Source: Candidatus Fervidifonticultor sextus
GTDB taxonomy: Bacteria > Sysuimicrobiota > Sysuimicrobiia > Sysuimicrobiales > Humicultoraceae
Assembly: GCA_031459875.1 (NCBI GenBank)
Contig: JAVKHQ010000045.1
Coordinates: 1-18,074, forward strand
Reading direction: 5' to 3'
Length of the DNA: 18,074 nt
Each line of letters begins with the position of its first letter. Positions within the stretch are counted from its first letter, which is position 1. The notes under the pieces were generated by a model that searched no databases, was not told the origin of the DNA, and saw nothing but the letters and a program-made list of their open reading frames with translations. A program made the translations under genes and the position numbers. This document shows, one piece after another, positions 1 through 7,633 of the stretch.

Positions 1-1107
1 GCGCAGAAACGTGCCGTCGGTGGATCCCGGCACGCCTCCGTAGCGCGGGGCGCGGTCCAGCGCCGCCCGGCAGGCCCGCTCCATCGCCCGCACGATGGGG
101 TCGGTGCGGGGCGTCTCGGTCCAGGGTCGGTCGTCGACCACCTGCAGTGAGACCTGCGCCCGGGGGTCGGCCTCGCGGAGCCGTCCGGCGATCGCCTCCA
201 GCGCCGAGAGGATCTCGGCGTGGTCCTGGCCCGGGATGGTGCGCACGTCCACCGTGACCTGCGCCTCGCCGGCCATGACGTTGAACTGCGGCTCCCCAAA
301 GACCGGCGCGCGGAGCGTCGTGGGGGTCATGTGGGGCGATCCCAGGTACGGGTGGCGGCCCCAGCGCTCCTGCTGACGGTGGTCTTCCTCGACCAGGGCG
401 GTCACAAAGCGCGCGGCCCACGGAATGGGGTTGACCCCGGCATAGGGCATGGCGCCGTGGGCCATCTTCCCGCGGAACGTGGCCAGCACCCGCATCGCCC
501 CCTTCTGGTGCAGGCAGATCTCGTTTTCCTCGGGTTCGCAGACGATGGCCGCATCGTACCCGTCGGCCCAGCCGCCGCGGATGAAGGCCTTGATGCCGAG
601 CATCATGCCTTCCTCGTCGGCGACTGCGGCGATGCGCACCCGGCCCGGCAGGTCCGGGGCAGCGCGGCCCACGGCGTCCAGCGCGCAGACCGCTGCGGCC
701 AGGCCGCCCTTCATGTCGGCCGCGCCGCGGCCGTAGAGGCGGCCGGCGGCCACCTCGGCGGCGAAGGGTGGATGCGACCAGGCGCGGTGGTCACCCTCGG
801 TGACGACGTCGGTGTGCCCTTCCAGGATGAGGCCGCGGCCCGGCCGCCCCGACGTCCAGTCGGCGACGACGTTGGGGCGCCCGGGCGCCGCCTCGAAGAC
901 CGACACGGCCAGTCCGAGGCCTCGGAGGTGCCCGGCGAGATACGCAGCGACCGCCGACTCGTTCGCCGACGGATCCTCCGGCCGGTACACGCTGGGGATC
1001 TGCACGAGCGCTCGCGTCAACTGCACGACCGCTTCGCCATCCACCGACCGCGCGGCCCGCCGCGCCAGGTCCTCCAGGTCCCCGCCACCGCGGATCACGG
1101 GCTCCAT
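1..1107 (-). CDS. M20 family metallohydrolase (ArgE/DapE-like deacylase), truncated at the window edge
   Basis: Manually translated, not in the ORF track. ATG at 1107 (MEPVIRGGGDLEDL...), purine-rich GAGGGTGGGGTG upstream, open frame to base 1 (369 codons). M20 motifs: LILEGHTDVV, LYGRGAADMKGGLAA, ADEEG, VCEPE, AHGAMP, GVNPI, GSTDG. Confidence 0.92.
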   Translation of the reverse strand, partial: MEPVIRGGGDLEDLARRAARSVDGEAVVQLTRALVQIPSVYRPEDPSANESAVAAYLAGHLRGLGLAVSVFEAAPGRPNVVADWTSGRPGRGLILEGHTDVVTEGDHRAWSHPPFAAEVAAGRLYGRGAADMKGGLAAAVCALDAVGRAAPDLPGRVRIAAVADEEGMMLGIKAFIRGGWADGYDAAIVCEPEENEICLHQKGAMRVLATFRGKMAHGAMPYAGVNPIPWAARFVTALVEEDHRQQERWGRHPYLGSPHMTPTTLRAPVFGEPQFNVMAGEAQVTVDVRTIPGQDHAEILSALEAIAGRLREADPRAQVSLQVVDDRPWTETPRTDPIVRAMERACRAALDRAPRYGGVPGSTDGTFLR

Positions 1108-1128
1108 CGGTCCCACCCCACCCTCATG

Positions 1129-2019
1129 CTAGCCGGTCCATCGCCGCAACCGAGGATCCAGCAGGTCGCGCAGGCCATCGCCCAGCAGGTTCCAGCCGAG
1201 CACCGTCGTCGCGATGGCCGCCCCCGGCCAGATCGCCATCCAGGGTCCGACGAAGAGCACATCGCGGGCCTCCTGCAGCATCCCGCCCCAACTCGGGGTG
1301 GGGGGCTGGGTGCCCAGGCCGAGGTAGGACAGCGCCGCCTCGGCCAGGACCGCCCCGGAGAACGCCACGGTGCTCTGGACGAGCAGCGGCCCCGCGACGT
1401 TGGGCAGGACGTGGAACCGCACGATGGACAGGTCGCGCGCGCCCAGCGCCCTGGCGGCGGTGATGTACTCCTGCGTGCGCACGGCCAGGGCCTGGGCTCG
1501 CGCCAGCCGCGCGAAGACCGGGATCAGGACGACACCGATGGCGGCCATGGCCTGGAGGTGTCCCGGGCCCAGCGCGGCCACCACCATGATCGCCAGCAGG
1601 AGGGCGGGGAACGCCATCAGGCCGTCGATGGCCCGCATGAGGAGCGCATCGAGACGGCCGGCCTGATAGCCCGAGATCAGGCCTACGGTCACGCCGATCC
1701 CCGCGCCGACGGACACCGCCACGGCGCCGACGACGACCGCCACCCGCCCGCCGAAGAGGATCCGGCTGAGGACATCGCGGCCCAGACGGTCCGTGCCCAG
1801 GAGGTGGCCGGGCCCTGGCGGCAACAGCCGATCGGCGGGGTTGATGGCCGTCGGGTCGTGCGGCGCCAGGAGCGGCGCGAGCGCGGCCAGGGCGCCCACC
1901 AGGCACACCAACGCGCCCCCGACCAGCAGCGGCAGGTTGCGGCGGCGGCCCCGCCTCACCGCGGCGGCCGGGGGGACTGGCGGGGCAGGAGCCCAGGGAC
2001 GATGCTCGGTCAGGGCCAT
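1129..2019 (-). CDS. Peptide/nickel ABC transporter permease (DppC/OppC-like)
   Basis: C-terminal part of ORF 1129..2763; start reassigned to ATG 2019 (MALTEHRPW), which overlaps the upstream permease stop (TGATG). Motifs HLLGTDRLGRDVLSR, EAA loop EYITAARALGA, HVLPN, EAALSYLGLG, PPTPSWG, GDGLRDLLDP. Confidence 0.95.
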   Translation of the reverse strand: MALTEHRPWAPAPPVPPAAAVRRGRRRNLPLLVGGALVCLVGALAALAPLLAPHDPTAINPADRLLPPGPGHLLGTDRLGRDVLSRILFGGRVAVVVGAVAVSVGAGIGVTVGLISGYQAGRLDALLMRAIDGLMAFPALLLAIMVVAALGPGHLQAMAAIGVVLIPVFARLARAQALAVRTQEYITAARALGARDLSIVRFHVLPNVAGPLLVQSTVAFSGAVLAEAALSYLGLGTQPPTPSWGGMLQEARDVLFVGPWMAIWPGAAIATTVLGWNLLGDGLRDLLDPRLRRWTG

Positions 2020-2960
2020 CACGCGTACGTGATCCTGGGATCCACGGCCGCGTAGACTAGGTCCACCGCCAGGTTGAGGAGCGCGAACATGAGGGCGATG
2101 GTCATCACGGCGCCCTGCACGATGAGCAGGTCGCGGGCGTAGATCCCCTGCAGCAACAGCCGTCCGAGGCCCGGCAGGCCGAAGACCTGCTCGATCACGA
2201 TGGCGCCGCCCATCAGGTAGCCGAGCTGGAGCCCGGCGACGGTGATCACCGGGATGAGGGCGTTGCGCAGCACGTGCCGCCGGAGGACGTCGCGGTCCCT
2301 CAGGCCCTTGCTCCGCGCGGTGCGCACGTACTCCCGGTGCAGTTCGTCCAGGACCGCGGCCCGGACCATCCGCACCAGCGCCGCAGCGCGCTCGGCGCCC
2401 AGCGCCAGCGCGGGGAGGAAGAGGTGGCGCAGCCACTGGACGGGGTCGGTGCGGAGCGCCACGTAGCCCTGGAGGGGAAAGAGGGGCGTCGCCGCCGCCA
2501 GCCACAGAAGGAGGAGGATCCCCAGCCAGAAGGTCGGAATCGCCAGGCCCACCTGCGATCCGGCCAGCACCGTCAGGTCCATGGGCGACCACGCCCGCCT
2601 GGCTGCCACGACGCCCAGGGGCAGGGCCAGCGTCACGGCGATCAGCATGGCGCCAAACGCCACCGAGAGGGTGACGGGCAGCCGGGCCGCGATCAGCCGC
2701 GACACCGGTTCCCGGTAACTGACCGACGTGCCGAGGTCGCCCCGGGCCAGGTGGCCGAGCCACTCCACGTACCGCAGGACCAGGGGTCGGTCGAGCCCGA
2801 GTTCCCGGCGCAACCGGGCCAGGTCCTCCGGGCGCGCGTCGACGCCCAGCATGATCTCAGCGAGGTCCCCCGGGACGATCTGGAGGGCGACAAACGTGAC
2901 GGTGGCGACCACGAGGACCGTGGGCGCCACCGCCAGCAGCCGTCGGACGACAAACGGCAT
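2019..2960 (-). CDS. Peptide/nickel ABC transporter permease (DppB/OppB-like)
   Basis: 313 aa; GLDRPL, RGDLGTS, EYVRTARSKGL (EAA loop), HVLRNALIP, IEQVFGLPGLG, DPRI. Start abuts the stop of the binding-protein gene. Confidence 0.95.
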   Translation of the reverse strand: MPFVVRRLLAVAPTVLVVATVTFVALQIVPGDLAEIMLGVDARPEDLARLRRELGLDRPLVLRYVEWLGHLARGDLGTSVSYREPVSRLIAARLPVTLSVAFGAMLIAVTLALPLGVVAARRAWSPMDLTVLAGSQVGLAIPTFWLGILLLLWLAAATPLFPLQGYVALRTDPVQWLRHLFLPALALGAERAAALVRMVRAAVLDELHREYVRTARSKGLRDRDVLRRHVLRNALIPVITVAGLQLGYLMGGAIVIEQVFGLPGLGRLLLQGIYARDLLIVQGAVMTIALMFALLNLAVDLVYAAVDPRITYA

Positions 2961-4505
2961 CTACTTGACGGTCTTGCGGAAGTCGTACGTGTCCACGGCG
3001 TAGACCTGCCGGAACTCCCGGACGGGGGCGCGGAGTCCGACATAGCGGGCCGGCGAACCCAGGATCACCATCATCGCGTCCTCCGTCATGAGTTTCAGCG
3101 CCTCGGCGTAGATCCGCCTGCGGTGCTCGGGGTTGGCGGTGATCCGCCCGGCGTGGATCAGGTCGGCCACCTTCTGATTCTCGTACCGCACGTAGTTCCT
3201 CGCGGCATCCCCCCATCCCACCAGGCGGCCCTCCGGGTCCAGCTTGCCGGTGTGGCCGATGATGGTCAGGTCGTACTCGCCGCCGCCGAAGACGCGCGAG
3301 AGCCAGAAGCCCCACTCGACCACGCGCGTCCGCGCCGTGACGCCGACTTTGGCCAGCATGGCCTGCACGAGTTGCCCGGCGTCGATATGCGGCTGGTAGG
3401 GCTGGGGCAGCGCCAGGTCCAGGGTGAGGCCGCCGCCGTATCCCGCCTCCGACAGCAGCCGCCTGGCCCGGTCGGGGTCGAAGGGGTACGGATCGCCCAG
3501 GTCCACCCAGAAGGGGCTCGTGACGTCCATGAAGACCGCGGACGGCACCGAGTCGGGCCCGTAGGCGGTCTTGAGCACCTGCCGGCGGTCCACCGCGTGC
3601 CACAGGGCGCGGCGGACGCGGACGTCGCGCAGCGGGCCCCGGCTGTTGTTGATGGCGAGGACGTTGACGAGGCTGGTGAGCTGCGTGATGATCCTCACGT
3701 CGGGGTTGGCGCGGGCCCGCGGCAGGTCGTCCGGGTCGATGGCGTCGACGGCGTCGAACTCCCCGGACAGCAGTCCCGCGATCTTCACCGCCCGTTCGGG
3801 GACGAACCTGATCACCACCTCGCGCAGCCTGGGCAGGCCGCTCATCCAGTAGCCGTCGAAGCGCTGCAGCCGGATGAACGAGTCGCGCTGCCACTCGCCG
3901 AGGGTGAACGGGCCGGTGCCCACCGGCCTGGTGCTGAAGTCGTGGCGGCGGGCGATGAGGTCGGCGGGGAGGATGGCGCCCCACCCTTCGGCGAGGGCGG
4001 CCAGGATCGGCGCGTACCGTTCCGCCAGCACGATCCTCACCGTCAGCGGGTCGACGACCTCCACGGCCCGAATCGGCCCGATCTGGAGCCGGCGGGGCGA
4101 CCGGGTCGCAGGATCGAGGATCCGCTCCAGGGTCGCCTTGACATCGCCGGCGTCAAGCCCCTTGCCGTGGTGGAAGCGCACCCCCGACCGCAACTTGAAC
4201 GTCCAGGCGAGGCCGTCGGGCGAAACCGTCCACGACTCGGCCAGCGCCGGGACCAGCCTGCCCGCATCGTCGGGCTCCACGAGGGTGTCGTAGAGGCTCT
4301 TCATCACCATGAACGACAGGGTGGCGGCCGTCCCGTGCGGATCCAGGGTGTCCGGTCCTCCCGACAGCGCGAAGACGAAGCGATCTCGGGGGGCCTGGGC
4401 GCCAGCCGGGGGGCCGCCGGCCGCCAGAGCGCCGACCAGCGCGAGCACGGCCGCCTTCCACAGCCACCGGAAAACCGTCGGGGCGCGCGGAGTTCGACCC
4501 GTCAT
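2961..4505 (-). CDS. ABC transporter substrate-binding protein, family 5 (DppA/OppA/NikA-like)
   Basis: Start reassigned to ATG 4505 (SD GAGGAGG upstream, ATGA overlap with the preceding gene). Signal peptide without lipobox (...ALAAGGPPAGA|Q), TLDPH, YDTLV, PALAESW, WTFKLRSGVRFH, PVGTGPF, DVRVRRAL. Confidence 0.94.
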   Translation of the reverse strand: MTGRTPRAPTVFRWLWKAAVLALVGALAAGGPPAGAQAPRDRFVFALSGGPDTLDPHGTAATLSFMVMKSLYDTLVEPDDAGRLVPALAESWTVSPDGLAWTFKLRSGVRFHHGKGLDAGDVKATLERILDPATRSPRRLQIGPIRAVEVVDPLTVRIVLAERYAPILAALAEGWGAILPADLIARRHDFSTRPVGTGPFTLGEWQRDSFIRLQRFDGYWMSGLPRLREVVIRFVPERAVKIAGLLSGEFDAVDAIDPDDLPRARANPDVRIITQLTSLVNVLAINNSRGPLRDVRVRRALWHAVDRRQVLKTAYGPDSVPSAVFMDVTSPFWVDLGDPYPFDPDRARRLLSEAGYGGGLTLDLALPQPYQPHIDAGQLVQAMLAKVGVTARTRVVEWGFWLSRVFGGGEYDLTIIGHTGKLDPEGRLVGWGDAARNYVRYENQKVADLIHAGRITANPEHRRRIYAEALKLMTEDAMMVILGSPARYVGLRAPVREFRQVYAVDTYDFRKTVK

Positions 4506-5362
4506 GACTGTTCCCTCCTCGATACGAGTTCGCTCGCCACACGGTCGAGCGACGTCCGGCATGCCTCCAGCGACTTGACCTCGAAGATGATGGTCTGGAC
4601 CGAGTCCGGCAGGTCGCGGGCCAGGTCGACGCGCTTGGCAATCTCGCCGTCGCCCCAGGCCAGGTGATCGTCCCGCCACCCGCGGTTGTCACTGACGTGG
4701 ACGTGGACGACATCGCGGTCGGCCAGCAGCGCCTCCAGTTCCCGCGCGCCGGCCAGATAGGCATGGCCGAGATCCAGACACAGGCGCAGCGCGGGATGGC
4801 CGACGCGGGCGTAGATGTCCCGCAGTTCCTCGTAGCGGACGCCGTAGGCAAAGGCGATGGGCGGCACGCCGTCGGCCACGGAGACCGCCGGCATGTTCTC
4901 CAGGTAGACCTCGAGGCCGGCGGCTCCGGCCGCCTCGGCGATCCGGCGCAGCGATTCCACGGCGTACGGGAGCCCCCGGTCGCGGGGGAAGACTTCCTCG
5001 TAGGGCGGGAGGCCCGGGTGCACCACCACGCCGCGGGCGCCCAGCCGCGCGGCTTCCCGGACGGTGGCCAGGACCTGCCGCACCGATTCCTCCCGGATGC
5101 CGGGATTCGTGCTGGCCAGGTTGATCCCGAGGATGGGCATGTGCAGGCTCAACAGCCCCCCGCCGTTCCAGGGCACCGGTGCCGGCCAGGCGTGGGGAGG
5201 CTCGCACATGACCTCCACGCCGACCCCGTAACTCGTGAGTTCCGCCTCAACCTCCTGAAGCGGCTGCCTGATCGCGGCGAAACTCGACACGCCGAGCCGG
5301 ACGCCCAACCGATCCTCCATGTCCTGAGGGAAGTGCGCGTTTCCCTGTCCGGGCACCATCAT
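4502..5362 (-). CDS. Sugar phosphate isomerase/epimerase-like (AP endonuclease 2 / xylose isomerase-like TIM barrel) protein
   Basis: Start reassigned to ATG 5362 (ATGA overlap with the peptidase stop, GAGG upstream). Metal-site motifs SLHMP, VVHPG, YLENM, LCLDLGH, HVHVSDN, DDHL, IIFEV. Substrate not inferable. Confidence 0.85.
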   Translation of the reverse strand: MMVPGQGNAHFPQDMEDRLGVRLGVSSFAAIRQPLQEVEAELTSYGVGVEVMCEPPHAWPAPVPWNGGGLLSLHMPILGINLASTNPGIREESVRQVLATVREAARLGARGVVVHPGLPPYEEVFPRDRGLPYAVESLRRIAEAAGAAGLEVYLENMPAVSVADGVPPIAFAYGVRYEELRDIYARVGHPALRLCLDLGHAYLAGARELEALLADRDVVHVHVSDNRGWRDDHLAWGDGEIAKRVDLARDLPDSVQTIIFEVKSLEACRTSLDRVASELVSRREQS

Positions 5363-6360
5363 AGCATCCTCATGCCTCTCCACGGGGTCCCGCCGGTCAG
5401 GTCGGCGAGGCCGGGAATCCCGCCGAGCCCGCGGGCCGCCCGCACGCCGCGCCGCACGGCTTCTGCGGTCGCACCGGCTGCCGCCTCGCCGAGCCGCAGC
5501 AGGTCGGCGGTCTGCAGCGGGGCGCCCGGCCACGTCCCGGTCGCCAGCGCGAAGACCACATCGCCGTCATAGAGGGTGTGCGAAGGGGCGATGGCGCGGG
5601 AGAGCCCCGCGTGCCCCTGGACAGCCAGCCGCCACGCCTGGGCTTTGGTGAGCGGCGCGTCGGTGGCGACCACGACGAGCGTCGTGTTGGTGCCGAGCGC
5701 AACAGCCGGGGGTCGCGCGAGCAGAACGTCGCCGGTGCGCACGAACCGCCCGTCGGGCCCGCGAGCTCCGGCCAGGACCTCGCCCGTGCGCTCGTCGGTG
5801 ACATCGCCGAACGCGTTGACCACGGCCAGCGCGCCGACGGCGGGACCGTCCGCCAGGCGGACGCACCAGGACCCGACGCCGCCCTTGGTGGCGCCGGCCA
5901 GCCCCAGCACCTTGCCCACCGTCGCTCCGGTCCCGGCGCCGACGCTGCCCTCCTCCACCGGACCGGCCGTCGCGGCCGCGCAGGCAGCGTAGCCCATGGC
6001 GGCGTCAGGCCGGGCGCGGGGATGGCGGATCGCCAGATCGAAGACCACCGCGGCCGGCACGATGGGGACGCGCGCGACCCCGGCATCGAATCCGATCCCC
6101 CGCTCCTCCAGATAGCGCATCACCCCATCGGCGGCGGCGAGCCCGAACGCGCTCCCCCCCGTCAGCAGCACGGCGTGGACCTGCTGGACCAGTCCCGACG
6201 GATGCAGGAGGTCGGTCTCGCGCGTCCCCGGCGCAGCGCCGCGCACCTCGCCGCTGGCTGTCGCCCCGCCGTCGCAGAGGACGACGGTGCAGCCGGTCAG
6301 GCCGACCGCGTCGGTGGCGTGACCCACCCGCAGGCCCTGGATGTCGGTCAGAGAGGGCAT
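5359..6360 (-). CDS. P1 family (DmpA/S58-like) Ntn-hydrolase peptidase/amidase
   Basis: 333 aa; LTDIQGLRVGH, TGCTVV, RGAAPGTRETDLL, LLTGGSAFGL, VPIVPAAVVFDL, EGSVGAGTGA, KGGVG, VVNAFGD, NTTL (putative autocleavage site), DGDVVFAL. Confidence 0.93.
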   Translation of the reverse strand: MPSLTDIQGLRVGHATDAVGLTGCTVVLCDGGATASGEVRGAAPGTRETDLLHPSGLVQQVHAVLLTGGSAFGLAAADGVMRYLEERGIGFDAGVARVPIVPAAVVFDLAIRHPRARPDAAMGYAACAAATAGPVEEGSVGAGTGATVGKVLGLAGATKGGVGSWCVRLADGPAVGALAVVNAFGDVTDERTGEVLAGARGPDGRFVRTGDVLLARPPAVALGTNTTLVVVATDAPLTKAQAWRLAVQGHAGLSRAIAPSHTLYDGDVVFALATGTWPGAPLQTADLLRLGEAAAGATAEAVRRGVRAARGLGGIPGLADLTGGTPWRGMRML

Positions 6361-6374
6361 GGCGCTGCCACCAC

Positions 6375-6401
6375 GTTCGCGGTGCCGGGGCCGGATTCCC
6401 T
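6375..6401 (-). promoter_or_regulatory. Putative alternative-sigma promoter or operator (AGGGAATC-N12-CGCGAAC)
   Basis: Ends 14 nt upstream of the P1 peptidase ATG; both boxes recur identically upstream of the yeiH-like gene. Confidence 0.5.
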
Positions 6402-6410
6402 ACCGGACAG

Positions 6411-7454
6411 TCAGGCCTCGAGGACGCGGATGAGCGCGAGGCTGGCCGCTGCGATGATCACCGAGGCGGCCAGGCCGATGTAGAAGGGGCGCAGCCCGAT
6501 CTCGCGCATCCGCCGGAGGTCGGCCGACAGCCCGACCGCGGCCATCACCATCACGACCAGGAACTTCCCGGCCAGCGACGACCAGTGCGCCACGGGCGGG
6601 CCAAACAGGCCGGCGGTGTTGAGCAGTGCCGCCGCCAGGAACCACAGGATGAACCAGGGGAAGATCTTCGTCAGGTTGACAGACCCGGTCCCGGGGCCGG
6701 CTCCCCTGCGCCGGTATCCGTGCGCGAGGGCGTAGGCCAGGGCCAGCGGCACCAGCGCCAGTGTCCGGGTGAGCTTGACCACGGTGGCGACTTGACCGGC
6801 CGACTCGCTGTAGGCGAACGACGCCGCCAGGACCGAGGAGGTGTCGTGGATCGCGGCTCCGGTCCAGAGCCCGAAGGTCGCATCGGGAAGCGCCAGCACA
6901 TGCCCCAGCACCGGGTAGACGAGGACCGCCAGTATGTTGAACAGGAAGATGGTGGTCACCGCGAAGGCCATCTCTTCTTCTTTTGATTCGATGATCGGCC
7001 CGACCGTGAGGACGGCGGTGGCGCCGCAGATGGCGGTCCCCACGCCGATCAGGCTGGTCAGCCTCCCCGGCGCCCGCATCCACCGGCCGAACCCGTGGGT
7101 CGCACCCAGCGCCAGGATGACGGTGGCGAGGATGATCACCAGCGACGCCGCGCCGATCTGCAGCACCTGCATGAAACTCAGCGTGGTGCCGAAGAGGATG
7201 ATGGCGAGCCTGAGCAGGCGCTTGAGGGTGAAGTCGATGCCATCACGCAGTGCGGCCGGCGCGCCCGCGACCTGACCGACCGCCAGCCCTGCGCCCAGCG
7301 CCAGCACGGGCGCGCCGATCAGCGGGATCAGGCCGCCCAGCGCCCACGCCGCCGCCGCCAGCAGGCTGACGGCGGCCAGTCCGGATGCCAGCGCCCGCGC
7401 CCCGCGAGGCCACCCTGCGGCCAGGGTGGCGGATGTCGCCGTGGTGTCACTCAT
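6411..7454 (-). CDS. yeiH: YeiH / putative sulfate exporter (PSE, UPF0324) family membrane protein
   Basis: 347 aa, very hydrophobic; LLRLAIILFG, LIGVGTAICGATAV, FGLWTGAAIHDTSSV, VVKLTR, PWFILWF, MAAVGL are typical of this family. Confidence 0.9.
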   Translation of the reverse strand: MSDTTATSATLAAGWPRGARALASGLAAVSLLAAAAWALGGLIPLIGAPVLALGAGLAVGQVAGAPAALRDGIDFTLKRLLRLAIILFGTTLSFMQVLQIGAASLVIILATVILALGATHGFGRWMRAPGRLTSLIGVGTAICGATAVLTVGPIIESKEEEMAFAVTTIFLFNILAVLVYPVLGHVLALPDATFGLWTGAAIHDTSSVLAASFAYSESAGQVATVVKLTRTLALVPLALAYALAHGYRRRGAGPGTGSVNLTKIFPWFILWFLAAALLNTAGLFGPPVAHWSSLAGKFLVVMVMAAVGLSADLRRMREIGLRPFYIGLAASVIIAAASLALIRVLEA

Positions 7455-7464
7455 GGGGAGACGG

Positions 7465-7490
7465 GTTCGCGCCGCCCCGACCGATTCCCT
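7465..7490 (-). promoter_or_regulatory. Putative alternative-sigma promoter (AGGGAATC-N11-CGCGAAC), possibly giving a leaderless yeiH mRNA
   Basis: Ends 10 nt before the ATG at 7454; no Shine-Dalgarno in between (CCGTCTCCCC). Matches the motif at 6375-6401. Confidence 0.5.
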
Positions 7491-7544
7491 TGGACGGTGG
7501 ATCCTGCCACCCGTGCGCGCCTCGGGGCGCCTGCGGGCCTCCGC

Positions 7545-7572
7545 GCAGGAAATCCCGGGCCTCGAGGAAAAT
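7545..7572 (+). promoter_or_regulatory. Possible promoter for the glc operon (GCAGGAAAT-N12-GGAAAAT)
   Basis: AT-richer boxes in the divergent intergenic region, about 60 nt upstream of glcD; spacing resembles sigmaH-type AGGA...GAAT with a mismatch in the second box. Confidence 0.3.
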
Positions 7573-7633
7573 TCTCCGTCATCGGCGGACAGCCTTCGCC
7601 CACGACCTGCCGCGCCAGGAGCGAACTCTCCCG

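Noticed and set aside
220..4667. Long plus-strand ORFs 220..2055 (611 aa) and 2274..4667 (797 aa)
   Set aside because: Antisense shadows of well-supported minus-strand genes; Arg/Gly/His/Pro-rich with no motifs, typical of high-GC DNA.
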